DNA from: Bugula neritina
Lineage: Eukaryota; Animalia; Bryozoa
Reading direction: 5' to 3'
Assembly: GCA_964035545.1 (NCBI GenBank)
Contig: OZ037767.1
Coordinates: 29,218,628-29,282,627 of the forward strand
DNA length: 64,000 bases
The notes beneath the pieces are model-generated. The model was not told the DNA's origin, did no database searches, and saw only the letters and a list, made by a program, of their open reading frames with translations. Positions 12,501 to 25,300 of the stretch are shown here, in pieces. Within the stretch, counting starts at the first letter, position 1. Each line of letters opens with the position of its first letter. The translations under genes were made by a program, and so were the position numbers.

Positions 12501-15004
12501 TATCACTGGGGTAAAGAAAAGTTGCATTGTGTTCTTATCAACAGCTTGCAGTATCATGTTGAGGGGGGAGATAGGTATCTGTTTTGTGTCAGCAAAGCAG
12601 GCGTCTAGTACAGGTGTGACTGATTATCATTCAATCCGCCTACACCACATTCCTCCAACTTTAAAAATTAAAATCTTTAAATCACACTTGTTTACGTCAG
12701 TTACTAGTAACTAATGATTCATTTGTCATGCAACCCGGCTATCACGTGACTTATATAAGCCATCACAGTACCTACATACTATTATAAGCTTATGATATAG
12801 CTGTAGTGCATAAACCTTTTACAATAGCAAATTTTTCAATTTAAATATCTACTAGCACATTAGATTCTGATAAAAATATTGAAAAGTAAGAATTATAAAG
12901 AATTGCAGTTTCATTATATTGCACTGTTTTCCTGAACTCTATTACTAACAGTATAAATTGTGATGAGAATTTTTTAATAAATTCACAAGGAAATATTTGG
13001 TTTTGTGCATATAGTTTGTTACATTATAATTATGGATCTGTTTAGAGGTTTCTCAAGCCTGCGCAGCACCTAGACTGTGCTCTTAAAATACAGCTACCCC
13101 AGCTCGTATGCTTAAATATTTCACTTAATATGTTATGGTTAGATTGAAATGTTAACTACTTTCTACTGCTGTTTTATTGTGCTGTTATAAAGAGGTGATT
13201 GACTTGCATTTATCCATTAACATCCACAGTATAATAGTGTTCTACTAGTTATTTTTATACCTCCTTTTACTGCTTTGTATGAAGAAAGAGTAAAACATAT
13301 ACACCTACAGAATTATAATTATCTTATATTCAAAAAGTACGGGCATTCATGCTCCTTGCTTTTAACTTAAAACAATTGCGTAACTATAACAGGTGAACAA
13401 GGTCATTGCCTCAAACCATGTTGCCAACAGAGATATAGTATTTAGCCCACTTAAAAACCCTTACTACCAGAGGCTCTCAAAGGGTTGGATACTTGATACA
13501 AACAAATTCGAGTTGTGCAACTATAAATGGCAAACAAAACTTATGTAAGCAACAGCTACTAAAATATTATTACTCTGTTGAAATATCTTTCTTATTTGTT
13601 TTAAAAACTGTTTTCATGTTTCAATATAGTCACTGTACTTATGGGACACAGTCTAAGTATACAGATAAAGGCTATGTAGCTTAGGTTCCTAAATGAGTAA
13701 GCAAAGGGGAGTGGGTGAAGTGGTATGCTGCCCTACATGATATCATAATAAATAAAGCTGACTAAGTTTCCTGACGAACCAGAATAAACAGTTAATAATA
13801 TTATTTTATGGGGAAGCCTGGCCTCAACAACTTCCTAAATATGTACAGCTGATGATCTCATAGTCAGAGTTTCTAAAGCTGTTTGGGAAGCTTCTAGAAT
13901 ATCACTGATTAATCATATATATGTAATAATAACCTTTAAAGGTTTTGTTGTCTTTCACTCACACATGGGGTTAGACTAACATCCATAATCAATTTCGATA
14001 AACATTATGGGCTGGGTACCAGTTTACTCGACCACTACCCTCACCAGGTACTTGCTTTAGATCTCTGATTTAAGCTATGTAGGTATACATCACTAATGAT
14101 TAGCATTTTTGCTAAGAATATTGCAAAATAATCAGCTCTGTTGTTTTTAACTTAACTCAGGCGTCATTAAATTGACAAAAGGTGACGAACTTATAAGGAA
14201 TTTAACAGCAGTCATCCAGCTATCTGAAGATGTTATGTAATAAATAGCATGAATCATTTCAAGTGAAATGTGATGCAGGAAATGAGTAGAATTCTGCAGA
14301 AGATGCTGTCACTGTTTGATGGGTAACTGCAGTAACCATGGCATATTAACTAGAGGTGCTGTTATTTTACTAAAATTAGCATTTATTCATGACTGTATTT
14401 GTGTAATATATCTAGCAGCTACCACAAATAGCTTCGTTCTGGTGTTACAGTAGAAATATTTTTCTTGCTATTTATATTACGTTATATTAAATTGTATTAT
14501 GTTATATTGCATTACTTTACATTATATTGTTCTCTGTTATATTGTATTGTAATGCATTATATTCCACTATATTGTATTATAATATGCCACATTATATTGC
14601 ATTACATTATAAATTATATTGTTTTATATCGCATAGTATTATAATATAGCCTATTATATTGTAGTTTATTGTATTCCATTATTCATATCATATAAAGTTT
14701 GTTATAGCATTTGCTTGTAACGTCCTTTCAGATTGGAAAATTTGTAAAGTATGTAAAATCTACACCCTACTTTAATAATTTGTTAGTTCGCAACCAGTTA
14801 ATTTTACTCAAAATTTAACTGGAATATTAAAACATTGGAGCTACAAGAAATGTATTATTGTAAGGAATATATTGTAAGGGTGTTACCTTCGTGTTGTTTA
14901 CCACAATCCTGAATAAGCCGAGATTGGCTGGGGCCACAACTGCAGCCACAGTACACATTGCTGGTAATACTTAGTAGGTTCAGACAATATTGTCCAACCA
15001 ACAT
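556..15004 (-). CDS. Multi-exon Ig-domain/EGF-repeat protein, probably secreted (hemicentin/fibulin-like modules): Cys-rich N-term, Ig, EGFx3, half-EGFx2, EGFx2, Ig, Pro hinge, Ig x3
   Basis: Phase-compatible GT-AG exons in minus-strand order: 14887-15062; 10916-11090 + 10089-10180 (Ig: VNEGETVNFQC..VEW..SGMYVCSASN); EGF exons 9492-9620, 9325-9444, 9068-9193; mini-exons 8330-8380, 7907-7960; EGF exons 7444-7569, 6922-7047 (C..KPC..C..GY.C.C...L..D.RTC); Ig 6358-6476 + 6028-6166; hinge 5742-5765 (DMPPPPVP); Ig 5203-5348 + 4802-4928 (DDGRYIC); Ig 2400-2462 + 1881-2063 (DEGVYTC); Ig 1481-1646 + 841-971 (DAGSYEC); likely last coding exon 555-566 (DPV*). Internal exons are solid; the start and stop are tentative. 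Confidence 0.85.
7619..7690. repeat. Degenerate ~12-bp tandem repeat (CAGGTGAGTGTA-like)
   Basis: About 5-6 imperfect units in an intron of the Ig/EGF gene. Confidence 0.6.
14470..14690. repeat. Low-complexity degenerate pentamer array (TATTR/ATATT)n
   Basis: Run of tattg/tatta/catta units. Confidence 0.7.
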
Positions 15005-16520
15005 CTTTGGGCAGTCAGAGACAGTATAGCCTCTCTTGACCTCTTCTGTATACTCTTTGGCTCTTTAAACAAATAAAATTAATAATATATTATATTATAA
15101 TAACATAACATATATACTCTTTGGTACCAAACAGCATCCCTACTATAATGTTATATACTCTTTAGAATTTGATACATAAACCCAGCATATCTAACAGAGC
15201 TAACATATTTGGTATCTTCTAAACTAATTACCAAATATATCAGAAGATGATGCTACAGTACCTATTGCAATTATAACCTGTAATACCACAATGATGAAGT
15301 TATGTACTACACCTTGGCTCAATATCTTTATCCTAATTACCAAAATGTAACACAATATTACCAGTGTCTGTATAATGTTCATGATACTAATCGTGTAATA
15401 TAGGCATACTGTATTAACACATGCAGTTCCATGTGCAATGATAGCATATTAGTTGCATATGCTGTATTAGAATTGGAAATGGTCCTATACTATAATTACA
15501 AGGCAATAAGCAAAATTAGATCAACAAGATTGTAAATTTGTAAGATTTGCTGCAAAACACAAGCAAAGCAAATTTCGCACAATGGCACATTTATATGAAT
15601 AAACTCACTAAATGAATAAAAATCATGTTAAGAAAAACAAACATTAAAAATTGTGTACTCGCTCTTTGTGTTATAATTGCAACCTCAATCAAACTCGCGC
15701 ATACAAAGTAATCGCTGAATAAGAATTGCTCGAGTCAGTTTTGCCAACATGTTTGATCTGTTACAGCCCTGTGTGCAAATTATCTGTCAACTTTTGCTTA
15801 GCTTAAGTTACAGCAGATAATTTCCTACATGAAGTTAAACTATTATGCAGTAGTTTAGTGAAAACTAGGGAATTGACCATCTGACCATAGAATGTCCACT
15901 CTACATAGTGTTATCTCCTAAACTCCTGCATTCATGTATGTCATTCAGTGATGTAACCCTGAAATCTCTTACCACTGCAAAGCCATTCATGTGTAAAGTT
16001 TGCTTCTAGGCTTTAGTCATATTTTCATACTTTGCATCAAAAATTGAACAACTATGTTCTTTTTCTACCTATTAGAAATTCTAAAGAATCTATTAAACCC
16101 CAAACTTGGCTAAACCAATAATACTGATCAACAGAATATTGCAATATTCATCCAGTATGAAACCCATTTATAAATATCTTTAAGTTTATTTTAAAACCTG
16201 GTAAAATAGTGCAACAATCATGCTATTACACACTGCAGGTGAAGGTGCACTTCATACTATTGAGCTTAATTCTGCTTATAGGCTTAGAAATGGAGAGAGT
16301 GCAATAGCCTGAAATTTGGTTTGAGGTATGAGTTGAAACTATCATAAAGAACTAACTTCTTCTGTTACATTTTTTCACGGACATCATACTTCTCCGTACA
16401 TAAAAGTATAAGAATTTCCTATGTTGTAAGTGACAAGACTAAGTCAGAAAAGTATGATATTTATGTGAACCAAGATATGAACTTAGTGTACAATCCTAGT
16501 ATAAAGTGGAAAATACTCAC

Positions 16521-16675
16521 ATGGGTGTAGAAGGAATCACTGGGATCAGAAGAGTGAGTGTTGGCTGTTAGTGTCCGACTTTGTACTGAATACAATGACT
16601 ACTCTATATTCACCTGACTACAGCTACAAGGAATCATTCATCCTGATTCTTCAACAGTAGCTGATGGCTAGCTGC
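16521..16675 (-). other. Possible non-coding (5' UTR) exon of the Ig/EGF gene
   Basis: Minus-strand acceptor (atatatttatag) and consensus donor GTGAGT bracket a 155-nt segment. No ATG-initiated frame stays open to the donor. Confidence 0.3.
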
Positions 16676-18454
16676 CTATAAATATATAGCTTAGATGTAC
16701 GTAACCTTTGACCTCTAGAAACTACACGCTACATGCACTGTGTATACAAGATAACTGCTAATACTTTATGTCATAATGAAATGATTGGATGCTTGTTAAT
16801 ACATTGCATAGTAATTGTAATAAATATTATCTTAGCATTTCGGCATCTCAGTTGCATGCACATACTGCAAGTATTGTGTGGATTGTTATGAGTAGTAACC
16901 TGGTACTTTACCTGCTAAACAACTAATTAACAGTTAGCTAAGTCTTAGCTGGCTAGTCTGCTAATTTGGAACCCTTTTTTTTAACCTAGAGCAAGGTTTT
17001 AGTGCTGCTGTGAAGGAAATGAAACCCTTAGCACACTTTATAGTGTCACAACTTGTTAATTGGTATAACAATATTCTGCAGCAAATGGAACTTAATGCAG
17101 ATGTATGGATTATGATACCATGCTCTTTGAAACTGTTGTATTTTATAGCAAATATGTATAGAATATATACTCAAGAGCTTCATAAGATAATCAATGCTCT
17201 AAGATACTGGGCAAGCTTGCAGAAAGGTTATGGGGGACACATGCAATCACATGGTATTCATTTTGTTTGGAACATTTTCTTGGCAGCCTTACTTGATCAT
17301 CATTTTTGAAAACAATTAAGCTATAACTGTGGCCAAATAACTACATTTTTTGCTCTTTTTACTTCCTTTTAATGTGAGAATCTGGGTTAATTCAAAATCT
17401 GACAAGTTAAGGGGAGTTGACAAACTTGATTGCTGAAGGATCAAAGGTCAAGATATTAATAATGCTCTTTGAGAGAAAACTCATTATTTGTAGTTATCTT
17501 CTCACTGGTTGAGAAAATTACTAGAAACTACAAATTAGTATTTATCTTCTCACTCTAATAATGCCCCTGAATAAACTTAAAACCAGTGAAACTTAATTAA
17601 AGTCAATTATTACAAGGCACCGTGTTTAACTATGTGTATTATTTTACATTAACATTTTATTATGATGTGTGATATACAAGACATTCAAAATCAAACTTGA
17701 AACTATATTCGGGTTGACTAGTTTCTGAAAAAACTATTTATCTGAAGTCAATGAGTGCAAGTCCAACTATTTATCAAAATGACTACAATCAGTGTCAGAG
17801 CAGACTCAAAATTATTTATTAATCAAGAGTAATAGTAATGCTAATTATCATATTATTAAATCTCAAAGCCACACTGGTAACACCAGCATGATTAAGTTGA
17901 AAATGAAAATGCTTGATGATGCTTAATTTAATTTATTTCAATTGATTGCTTTTTAACCATTTGGCCTTTGAACCTTTTTTTACAGCTCTAAAATTGTTAG
18001 CAAATAATGTAAATATGAGTTCAAATAGTATAAAAAGTTGGTATAGCCTATGAGTTTATATTATACTACTTGCATGGTTATATGTTATTATACTATATTG
18101 GGATATGTAAGCTTAAAACCTGATAAACAAAGGGCTGCACAGATTTACACATTTTTATTTTAGACATTAAATTTTGGACAATAAATAAAAACATTAAATA
18201 ATTATGTATATACATGCACAAAATATATTGAATTCAATATACCAACAACAACATAGTTTTATACAACAAAAGTAAAAAGCAAGAACATCTAAGAGAATCA
18301 CTGGAAAAAGAGAAACTAGAAGAATGATTACAAAAAATAGTTGAACATTCGGTGCATAACTAGATTGATAGTAGCTGAAATATCACTTTATCACTTGATT
18401 GACGGAAATGTGTTTCCTATAATACCGGTAAAACCAATGCCTAATCTTACGGTA

Positions 18455-21400
18455 TTACCGGCGACGTAGTAAACTTTCCCAGATATTTTCGGGTTCTACC
18501 GACTTTGACCACAAGAAGCAATTGCACGCACCTCTCACCTTTATTTTAGTCCAACCGATTTGATTCAATGAATTCTTCACGAGTGCATTAACCCAAATCA
18601 GTTTAGTCTGGCACTTTGAAGTATATGCAGTTGTGTCAATGCCAGTGCATGATTCGTCTTCATTTACACAGAAAGTTTCGTAGATGTACTGAAGTTGCCG
18701 AGAACCATTCTGATCAATCATAGACATTACAGTCACTTCATTTCCGTGATAATCCATGGCAGTTTCAGGCTGTGACCAGGCTCGCAAACTCTCGCAGACG
18801 GAAATTTGCAAATGTTCGGTTGATCGTCTTCTCCTGTCTTCTTCTTGAAATATTGTTGGTGGATCTAGCGGTTTAGTAGAGGAGAATTGAATATATGGCG
18901 ATAAGAGAGATCTTTCAGCTAGTGTCAAGTTTAATTTAAGATTGTCGATGTCTAAACTGTTTTTTAAAGATATTTTTCTGCTTTTAGAGTTATCTAACTT
19001 TTGCTGATCACTGTTTTTCAGATGAGGATGTGCCCGTGACAAGGTAAAGATCATAATCAGTGTTAATAAAATAGAGTTGTCTTCTTTCTAAAATAGAAAA
19101 TAATTCAATTGATAAATAAATATTGTAGTCATAATAGCTATGCATCTATACGAAGCTTCATGTTTAAACAATGTAGAATCTAACTCTTTTAATTTGAAAC
19201 AGCAATTTTTAAAAAAAACTGAGATAGATTTTACTTAAATTTTGAATGCAATTCAACTCGTTATACAAGTTTCATTGCATTTTTTTGATAAAATAAAATA
19301 CTGGCAAAGACATTTGACAAAAAATAGCAATACACTTAGAAAATAAATTATCTGCCAAATAATGACATTTAAACATAGCATCAAATTATTCTTTTCTCTA
19401 AAAACTGCTACCACAATTAATAATATATTCATAGACAAAGTGCCATCTCTCAAAGCGGTAGACTCGTTTAAAATAGCTATAGGTCATGTCTAAAGACTAG
19501 AGAGGTTAAAGGGTATTCTTAGTCGAAGTTGTGGCAATGGCCTATGGGCATGTATAAAAACTATGAGTCGTGTTACACGCAGAAGAAAGGCTGCTGAAAT
19601 AGAGCTGTCTTATTGTTAGACAGATATAATATAATGGCCAACCTCATATTTTAGAAATGAACTTCTTGCATTTAAAAAAGCTGTTAATTACTGTATATCA
19701 TTTACATTCTGCTACTGCGAATTAATCACAGTTTAAATAAGAATATCTATTCATGCTACTAGATAAGTCAAAGATGCGACCACATACACTAGATACATGG
19801 TCTATTATTTAGTAAGAATGCAAATGACTGGTGCAGAGCACTATACCAATATTGTTTTATCAACCATAATGCAATTTGAAAGGTTTCTATTTATGACACT
19901 AGCCACAGCGTAATAGCTTAAAATCTGTGTTATATTCTAAATATTTCCACAAAAGTTGGCGCTTTATGCAAATTATTTTGGTGAATATAGCTTATAAGAG
20001 CAGAGTACGCCTGCTTTCTATGAACTAGCGTAACCTGTGTCTAATATATTCACGCATGAGATCTATAACCTAGTCGTCAATTCTGCAGGTTTACTCAAAA
20101 TGTAGATGTGGCCAGAGTGATAGAGATTTTGGTTTTTTGATCAAACAAAGTCAAAAATAGATTTTTCATCTGCAGCTTAATATTTCCACAAAGACTGGTT
20201 TAACATTGTTGCAGTCAAGTCCTCAAGCTAAGCTTAGCCCCTCCACTTCCTATGAATTTAAACAATTCTTGGAAGGCAGGCTCAGCATAATATATGAACA
20301 GCTAGTCATGTTCGAGACCTTTCATATAGCTCAAACCATACAAATATACTCTCTTTATAAAAGACTTAATATGCAAAATCTCTCAAAAACATGTTTTTGT
20401 AAGTAGTTTGATTCGAAGGTATAAGAAGATAGCTAGCAACATTCAAGAAGTTAAAATGTTTTGGGCAATCATTTGGGTGTTTTTTTGCATTTGTGAAATT
20501 AGAAAAATTAATAGCTACTTTCTCAAGATGTATTTTTAGGCCACACTTACAGCAACTGCAGTGACCAGCATGTTTTCAAGACACTCCGACAAAAGTCAAG
20601 CAATCTATTTTCCAGTCAAATAAATAATAAACAGCAGTATTGAACTTTCTAAATTAATTGCTTATTATCTTGGTTCCATAGAACTTTAAATTAATTTGTC
20701 ACTTCAAACACTATATTAATTCACCATTAATTACAGGTAATCAACAGAGTATATTTATCACCAAAGTTCTGAATCAAAACCTCCAAGCGCCTCGTGCTAC
20801 TCCATCACCAAGGGCTGTATCTCTGCCAAACACATGTACAATTTTTAGCTACTGCAACCTCCACACGTGAATTAATTTGTTGAAACTATACTCCAGCTAG
20901 AAAATTGCTTTTGTTTTTTCAAGAGCTTATAAACAACTGCTTGGCATGAACCATACAATTACGGTATTCAAATTCAGGTCAACATTTTTTATGACAAGGA
21001 CTTAAAAACACAATGATTCATTTTTTTTTGACATTTTAAACTTATTTTTAGTTTGACGATTTTCTAGCCGGTAGTAATGTGGTGGACATGTTTTTATCCG
21101 CTTTTTATTGTCTCAAATTTGTACTAATGCGTTCATTGCAATAAAATTATCACAAAATATCTCATTCAAGCTCACCGGACTGTTTTTTTATAAACTACTT
21201 GGAGAACCAAACATATTTTAGCATCAATAAAACTTGATATTTATATAATAATATATCATCAAGTGTCATGTTATTTATGTAATTAAATGGCATTTTTTTA
21301 AATTGATAGTTTTGTAATAAATGCATGTTCTTGGTGCCTTTTATATTCTAGGCAACTGGATTAATGTAATATATTGAAATAGTTTTGCATTTTCTGTTTT

Positions 21401-22022
21401 AATATAAAGACATGATTCTGTGTTATGACAGAGTTATGAATTGGAAACCATAATTTTACCTGCAAAAAATTTTCAATATAGATAGTAGGCCTACAGGTTA
21501 ATAGCAAGTAGAGCTTCATGAAACTGCTTTACAGATCAACAATTCAATGTAAGTCTTAGATCCCACTCTTATGGCAGAGAATTCTACATAAACCACTATA
21601 GAGAGCTGAAAATCAAGGAGGGTAAAAAGAGGTTTGGCCCTTTGGACTAAACTCTACTCTTTAGATGCAACTCTGCTTATTTATTTTTAATGTTTTGCAT
21701 GTTATTGCTAATTGGTAAAGGTAACATATTGCTCATAGACCTACTTGGCATACAGAAAACTGATTTATTGAACTTAATTTATTCTTAAAGTATTAAAACT
21801 AGTTAGAAGGAGCCAAGAACTGTTGAGAACTTTCAAAATTCTGCATAAATTGTAGGCTTTAAATTCTCAAAGCAAGTGCTTCTCTCTAACTAATCACTAG
21901 AGGGCATCACTTTGCTTTATGCAAGTTTTAGAAGTAAAATAAAGCACGTGAATTTACCTACTAGTCTTAAAGTTCTTTTATGTGACTTTAAAAAAGTATG
22001 CAAATCTCACCTTGTATTTCAT
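18455..22022 (-). CDS. Prepro-neurotrophin (NGF/BDNF-family cystine knot), ~214 aa
   Basis: Main exon 18455-19087 (acceptor ttttctattttag) joins in phase 0 to ATG AAA TAC AAG|GTGAG at 22011-22022, giving MKYKKEDNSILLTLIMIFTLSRA-HP (signal peptide). Furin site RRRR/S. The mature domain SVCES..W...TAMDYHGNEVTV..QYIYETFC..SCTGID..YTSKCQT..WVNAL..GWTKIKVRGACNC follows the NGF pattern (SVCDS, TATDIKGKEV, QYFFETKC, GCRGID, WNSYC, FVKAL, WRFIRIDTACVC) with all six Cys. AATAAA on the minus strand at 18154-18159. Confidence 0.93.
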
Positions 22023-22299
22023 GTTGACTAGTTGTAGTATAAATGTGATTCAAGTCTCGATATGATTAAGTAATCCAGTAGCAGGAAATCCACTAAAAAG
22101 TTCTTTGTTCAGATTTGCCAACTTTCTAACACAAGGCTGTGAAATGGTACATGCGCACAACTATCAGTAGCCAGTCACCTTGCTGAAGCTAACAATGGCT
22201 TTTTATTAGATTTTTATGCAAAGTTATTTGTCTTTCTGAGGTTAAACTTGACATTACTACACTTTGACATATATTGAAAGTATTGTGCTCGTATTGCAA

Positions 22300-22340
22300 T
22301 TTATATATTCTATGCTTGCGGATTGAATCACTCAGCCAAT
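22300..22340 (-). promoter_or_regulatory. Candidate neurotrophin core promoter (TATATAAA plus nearby CCAAT box)
   Basis: Minus-strand TATATAAA at 22300-22307 and CCAAT at 22336-22340, about 280 bp upstream of the inferred ATG. Motif match only, in AT-rich DNA. Confidence 0.3.
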
Positions 22341-25300
22341 CACATGGCTTGTTATAAAACAGCACCTTCACGTAATTATATGGACACAAACAGTCTCAGG
22401 TATCTAATAGTGTTGGTTATACATATAAATAGCCCCAAGCTAATGAAATATTAATGGCTTACATTATTATTTATATCGAGTTCTAGGTGTATAATAACTT
22501 AATCTACTATCATGACACTTCAGTCACTTTTCATTCTCAACCGGCATAAAGAGAGTATGTTCCGGACCTCCTTAGCAGTGCTGATTGTTCAAATAGAGAC
22601 CAAACAAATATGGGGCTCAAGTTCTTCCACCCCCTCAATATTTCTACATGAAATACTATGCTAATTGCAGAAAAAAAGCTGACTCATGAAATATAAGCTT
22701 GCTTTCAATACTTGAGCAGAAATACTGATTTTCAGTTATATATGTTGCGATCTCAACCATAAACTTAGTTGCACCGTAACTTTGTTTTCTTTTTAACTTA
22801 TTGGGTAGCTTTATATATTTTTAATTGTGTCTGTGTAAAGCAAACCCAATTATAAAGCAAAGAAATTTAGGCTTTCTGGTGTAATTTCTTTTTACAAATA
22901 TGTAGTTATGATATATGTTGGTTCATTTTTTAACTTGTAAAGTTGAAAAATTAACTCTCAACAACAACATTTCCTCAAATCCTTTAGAATTTCCTTTATG
23001 CTGGAAAGTAATATCAAACTCAATATGATTTAACTGTGTATTCAATAAACAAAATGTACTTTAAATTAAGTGCTAAAGTAGTCTAATTATCAAAGTGCAG
23101 CTGCTGAAGCTTTCATTGTAAATATATTAAAAAATGTTTTGAATTTTGATCTTCAAACTGCATCTTACACGCATCTTATTTTAACTAAGAATTTGTTAGT
23201 CTTTGTATCTGTATAACTTGTAGCTGCGTGGTCAATACACCACTGGTATTTCACGTTTGTAGTCGCAGATAAAGTTGAATGGTAAATTTTTAGTTTAGAT
23301 TAATTTTCATTCTGTAACATCAACATCTTTAACTTCAAAGTAACATATTCTTATCTGAACATTCTGGCTATTTTAGAGGTTTAAAAAATTAAATTTATCA
23401 ACAATATTATTTTATACTATAATGATATAGGCCTACTTTTAATAACTGTTAAACTCTACAAACTTATTCAACTCTTGGCAAGTCTACCCTGTGCAATGTG
23501 CTGTAACGAAACCCATTTACCAAAACTTTGAAATATATGCTATTTCTTCATAATTATACTAATGTATTATAATTTTAAAATCTATTTAAAACTATAACCA
23601 AGCAAGTTAGTTTACACAGCATTCATAATTGATAAGAAATTAACTTTTTTTATCAATAACTCAATGAAAATCATGACGTAGTTTGAATTCAAGCTGCAGT
23701 ATTTTATTACTGAAAATTCTCAACACACAATGTTTAGCTTTTTGCTAATAGGAAATTAAATTCATTTAAGTTTTACTGTATTTCATTTTTCAAGTGAATA
23801 GGTTACGTTTGCTGACATGTGGTCATGAGGGTGGGTAGGGCAGTGAAAACAATGCTGCCAAGACATTGTGTCACAGATGGGATGATGTCACATCTAATAA
23901 GATCCTCGTTTGCCAGTGAAATAAAATGTTAATCAAAAAATTATCAAATCTTTAGAACTTATGTTTTGTGTAAAGAAGAGCACACGTAACAAAACAATAA
24001 ATACCAATAAGGTTTTACGAATGAAATCACTTCCATTAGCCTATCTAGTTTAAGTGAAACTCGAGCCTGCATTATTCTTTAAGTTACACCACCAATTATA
24101 TAAAGCCTTTCGGATATGAGCCAACCACCTATAAATCTATCTATAAAATAATGCAGCCATTGAAATAAATGAGCTCAGGAAACGCATCTTATGTATTTGA
24201 GAATCATCCTTCAAGCAGGCGTTTGCCATTACGTCATAGCTTTATTTATGGCCGTATAAGTTACACAGTATATGCAGTACTGTTATTTTACTCATAGTAA
24301 TGAGTCTATAAAATGTAAATTAATATCAGTATAAATAATGATTACACAAGCCTTATTAATTTAAAATCAATTTCTTATTACCTAAAGTCATAATAAATAA
24401 TACTGACCAATTCTTGGCATACCATGTTTGTTGCATTTTTTAGGCTGTTGTTTGGCAATCAGTAAGGCTTTGATTAAAAGATGTTGCAAATCATATTTGA
24501 TTACACTAGCATATATGTTATATTGCACACATATTACACACATACACATATTACAAAGATATATTACAGATTAATGTATGTTATAGTTCAAATTAATAGA
24601 TCAGTTGACGGCAACTTTTTAAAGCTTACTCAATTTTTTCAAGATATGATTGAAATTTGGTCAGTTAAATTGATAGAGAGAAATGTTATCTCAAATGTAT
24701 CTAGACAATAGTAAAATACCTCCACATTATATCATATAATATTACACGAATGAACAATATAACTGAAGAACCAAAATAGAAAGAAATATGAAGAAGGTGT
24801 TCAGTTATGCATTGTAGAGCACATGATGTTACGTGATGGAGATTTTTCACAGTTCAAACACAGCAATGTGTAAATTTAGTGTGAAATTACAATTCATGCC
24901 ACTCGAAAATTTGCATCCAAATATGGTAATGAGAAAATAGAGGATTTAGTTTCTTTGTGACTTGAAAAAATATTCTGTTTGTGGTTGTATTTAGTGAATA
25001 CATTATAATCATTATATCACTTGCTGCATCAGTAAACACTAGAAAATAAATAGTCCTTGGTATAAGATGTAAACAAACATATATACAACATTAACAACTC
25101 AAGAATGCTTCATACTAAAACGCTGCCAATAAGTATTGTAAATATTTATTATACTAAAAATACTCTTTCAATAATTTTAATTTCAATGCTAGAGAGAAAG
25201 CAGCTTTTAGCTAGAGAAAAAAAAGAATAACACATTTTGATAGATTCTAAAAGCTAAGAGGCATACTATTCATTTCTTTTCAACAAAACTACTAGCTGTA

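Noticed and set aside
11531-13684. Several 60-130-aa ORFs in the large Ig/EGF intron
   Set aside because: AT-rich composition, no domain motifs and no phase-compatible splice sites.
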